Shown piece after piece: positions 16,801 to 18,226 of a stretch of DNA of 18,226 nt. The DNA is from an uncultured bacterium (GTDB lineage Bacteria > CAIJMQ01). Under the pieces are notes generated by a model that made no database searches, was not told the origin of the DNA, and saw only the letters and a list, made by a program, of their open reading frames with translations. Each line of letters begins with the position of its first letter. Position 1 is the first letter of the stretch. The translations under genes were made by a program, and so were the position numbers. Where the stretch lies: the NCBI GenBank assembly GCA_964573245.1, contig CAZNJA010000025.1, positions 1 through 18,226 on the forward strand, read 5' to 3'.

Positions 16801-18226
16801 ACCGTTTATGATTCCTCTGCAAACAATAATGACGGCACTATTTACAGCGCGTCCTGGACAGAAGGAAAATTCGCCGCGGGATTATTTTTCAATAATCCAT
16901 ATCCGTATGTCACTGATTATATTTACACTACTTTACCCGTATCATCGTTATTTTCTACGGCAGAGAAAACAATCACCGCTTGGATTAAACCGATAAGTTT
17001 TTACTATCAATATGGTGAGGCAAAACAACTAATAATCAGCGACCTCACCGAAAATATCGGCATCTTCAGGCAAGAAATCGAAAGCCTCGACAGAATATGG
17101 GTATACAACAATGACGGGGGCACGGATACAATCGGAATCCCATACGATATTGACGAATGGGTCCACATTGCCCTTGTCCACAGCAACGGGACATTATATG
17201 CGTATAAAAACGGTGATTTTGTCGATTCCGTCTCAAGCGGCAATACTATAGGCATGAACTATCAGGACGATGTACTGATAATTGGCTCCGACCCCGAGAT
17301 GTACGGCTTCTCTTTCAGCGGCAAAATAGACGAAGTCGCTACCTACAATCGGGCTTTGACCCCCCAAGAAATCGAACAACTTGCAGATGCAATTGTTACC
17401 GACACCACCCTTTCTTCCGTTGCCTATACCTACGACGAAGTAGGCAACAGGACACAGATGGAGGAAAATGTTAACGAAGACACAAGACTAACCAGCTATA
17501 CATACGACTACCTGAATAGGTTAACATCAGTTACAAACCCGGACGACAATACGATAACATACGACTACGATGCAAACGGCAACCGTATTGAAATGGTCGA
17601 CTGCGAAGATACCACAATCTATACCTACAACGACAATAACCAGCTTGAGACAGTAACAACTTCAGAAGGCGCAACAACCTACGAATATGATTCTTTAGGC
17701 AACCAGACAGTTGTCGAATATCCCAACAGCGCATATACAGAATATACCTACGATTCGTATAGGAACTGGCTGACTTCACTCGTGAACCGGGATTCTGCAG
17801 ATACAGTCCTATCTTCCTTCGATTATACCTATGACGATGTCGGCAATCGGTTATCAGTAACAGAATTCGACGATTCAGAAGTTAGTTACACATATGACGA
17901 CACCTATCAGTTGATAAGCGAAGTGCGAACAGGCAGTAATGCATATTCAATAAGCTACACCTATGACGACGTAGGAAACAGATTAACCAAAACAAAAAAC
18001 TCCGTCACCACAGAATACACCTACAACGACAACAACCAACTGACTTTCAAAGTGATAGACATCGATACAACAATTATGTACACCTATGATGACAACGGCA
18101 ATTTGATATTCAAGACAGATGGTTCTGATACAACACTCTACGAATGGGACTACAATAACAGACTGATAGGAACGACGGACGATGGAGGAGGGACGAGTTA
18201 CGAATACGACGGCGACGGAAATCGTC
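13858..18226 (+). CDS. Large secreted RHS/YD-repeat protein with N-terminal TPR and C39-like peptidase domains and an inserted LamG domain (partial, at least 1456 aa)
   Basis: Absent from the track because there is no stop in the window. Manual translation: MRKTSLVLFFLSLFIFTISIFFNSNA (signal); TPR (AQDAYLWLG...YKKAAKLFPD, AEANARIG..YY....FGKALEYF); C39-like (SNCATKS, LPIAAVVKPSHMIVI, VYDPVLG, IWDDKVL); FGNGWHSN; many YTYD..GNR/YD..NRL repeats; LamG (FHMDEGSG, TITAWIKP, WVHIALV, FSGKIDEVATYNRALT). Confidence 0.93.
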   Translation, partial: MRKTSLVLFFLSLFIFTISIFFNSNARENRSSHPCSCNLEKALKKGNWQEAVEEAEALIKQDPMSLEAQDAYLWLGLHHKSQHDFPKSIETYKKAAKLFPDTWTSAEANARIGCDYYRMNNFGKALEYFRKSASEAKTWQQRKYASAWAKWVHFALKRQGEKRLVSNCATKSINYYLNLKGINIDKEKLAESLTLEDGLVPLSGILGFLKEENIELRAVSCPFNRIREFDLPIAAVVKPSHMIVIENIGDKITVYDPVLGEVPYFEKELAKIWDDKVLTFSTPEDKEFASLNETELSNVLLGTCFCCPETPPPPPCEEDDSDDCPNCNQEQVTISDGTETGNGEGGKGPGNGNGGNCAGGICVHKFGSPKISVQTSSLSLTVKNSPIGYTASLGPDVDVRLIFNSDLAHSGVFGNGWHSNLEIKIRENPDDSVTVTRSTGYDDTFIYSGGEYHPPVGISNKLSKNPDNTFTLEFVKSHKKFHYDSHANGGKILAVEDQNGNTLTYQYDIDDNLAYIIDAIGRVTEIDADDSGRITLITDPLEREASFTYDIESNLEEVQNMAGDTFTYTYDDYEPDDYKNVTSVTTSNGTYSIQYEGCGYEIWVAQITTPESEQHQFWGGGSFLDVKHVDPKGEITSFSADDCMGWPYYGDTNKIVDAAGNYIAYTYDDYRNRTEIKDKRGNVTLYTFDSKHNVTSKTDPDENTWSYTYDGRNNIISTEDPRGKITEYVYGDSDILLSITEKDPQNSILSQITYDYTDATFPCLKTSMTDANGNTTYYNYDDYGRMESITDPESNETTFTYDIVDRKISMTNANGTTYYEYDDSDRITKITHPDTTYRQYSYDCCNLQSVTDENSNTTYYEYDDMARLTQVEDAEENVTTYEYDEAGNLISLTDAENNTTTYTYDTVNRLSSITYPLDDSESYLYDSNGNLIAKTDGNGNNTSYTYDENNRLIETKVLQWEYPAMLQGTTTLFHMDEGSGPTVYDSSANNNDGTIYSASWTEGKFAAGLFFNNPYPYVTDYIYTTLPVSSLFSTAEKTITAWIKPISFYYQYGEAKQLIISDLTENIGIFRQEIESLDRIWVYNNDGGTDTIGIPYDIDEWVHIALVHSNGTLYAYKNGDFVDSVSSGNTIGMNYQDDVLIIGSDPEMYGFSFSGKIDEVATYNRALTPQEIEQLADAIVTDTTLSSVAYTYDEVGNRTQMEENVNEDTRLTSYTYDYLNRLTSVTNPDDNTITYDYDANGNRIEMVDCEDTTIYTYNDNNQLETVTTSEGATTYEYDSLGNQTVVEYPNSAYTEYTYDSYRNWLTSLVNRDSADTVLSSFDYTYDDVGNRLSVTEFDDSEVSYTYDDTYQLISEVRTGSNAYSISYTYDDVGNRLTKTKNSVTTEYTYNDNNQLTFKVIDIDTTIMYTYDDNGNLIFKTDGSDTTLYEWDYNNRLIGTTDDGGGTSYEYDGDGNR

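Noticed and set aside
13797-17779. Short track ORFs on the minus strand and in alternative frames across the Rhs gene
   Set aside because: They are shadows of the long + strand ORF from 13858, with no recognisable motifs or RBS.
15340-18226. CRISPR or tandem DNA repeat suggested by recurring TACGAC/TATGAT motifs
   Set aside because: The recurrence reflects protein-level YD repeats; there are no identical repeats with unique spacers.

Overview
AT-rich chromosomal window from a diderm (lipid A-making) bacterium. The DUF1559-type prepilin-like genes suggest a PVC/Omnitrophota-like candidate lineage, but that is inference. From left to right: a partial PpiD/SurA-type chaperone (-), exbB-exbD-tyrA, two tandem prepilin-like paralogues, a stand-alone archaeal-type MC1 chromosomal protein, the archaeal-type aroA'/aroB' dehydroquinate pathway, lpxB, a DUF374 (LpxJ-like) acyltransferase, a four-helix-bundle gene, queH, a PNPOx-like protein (-), hisC (-) and priA. 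The window ends in a giant ORF missing from the supplied track (13858 to the window end, at least 1456 codons). That ORF is the most striking feature. It encodes signal peptide - TPR - C39-like cysteine peptidase - an internal bacteriocin-type leader motif - Cys/Pro/Gly-rich segment - DUF6531-like region - RHS/YD repeats with a LamG domain inserted into one repeat, and may be a self-processing Sec-exported Rhs protein. Other points of interest: MC1 in a bacterium, an ExbD with Asn at the essential transmembrane Asp, three apparently leaderless genes, a 65-bp cloverleaf/MITE-like insert in front of queH, and 7-nt-periodic inverted repeats. All calls come from manual translation and motif recognition; no searches were run.
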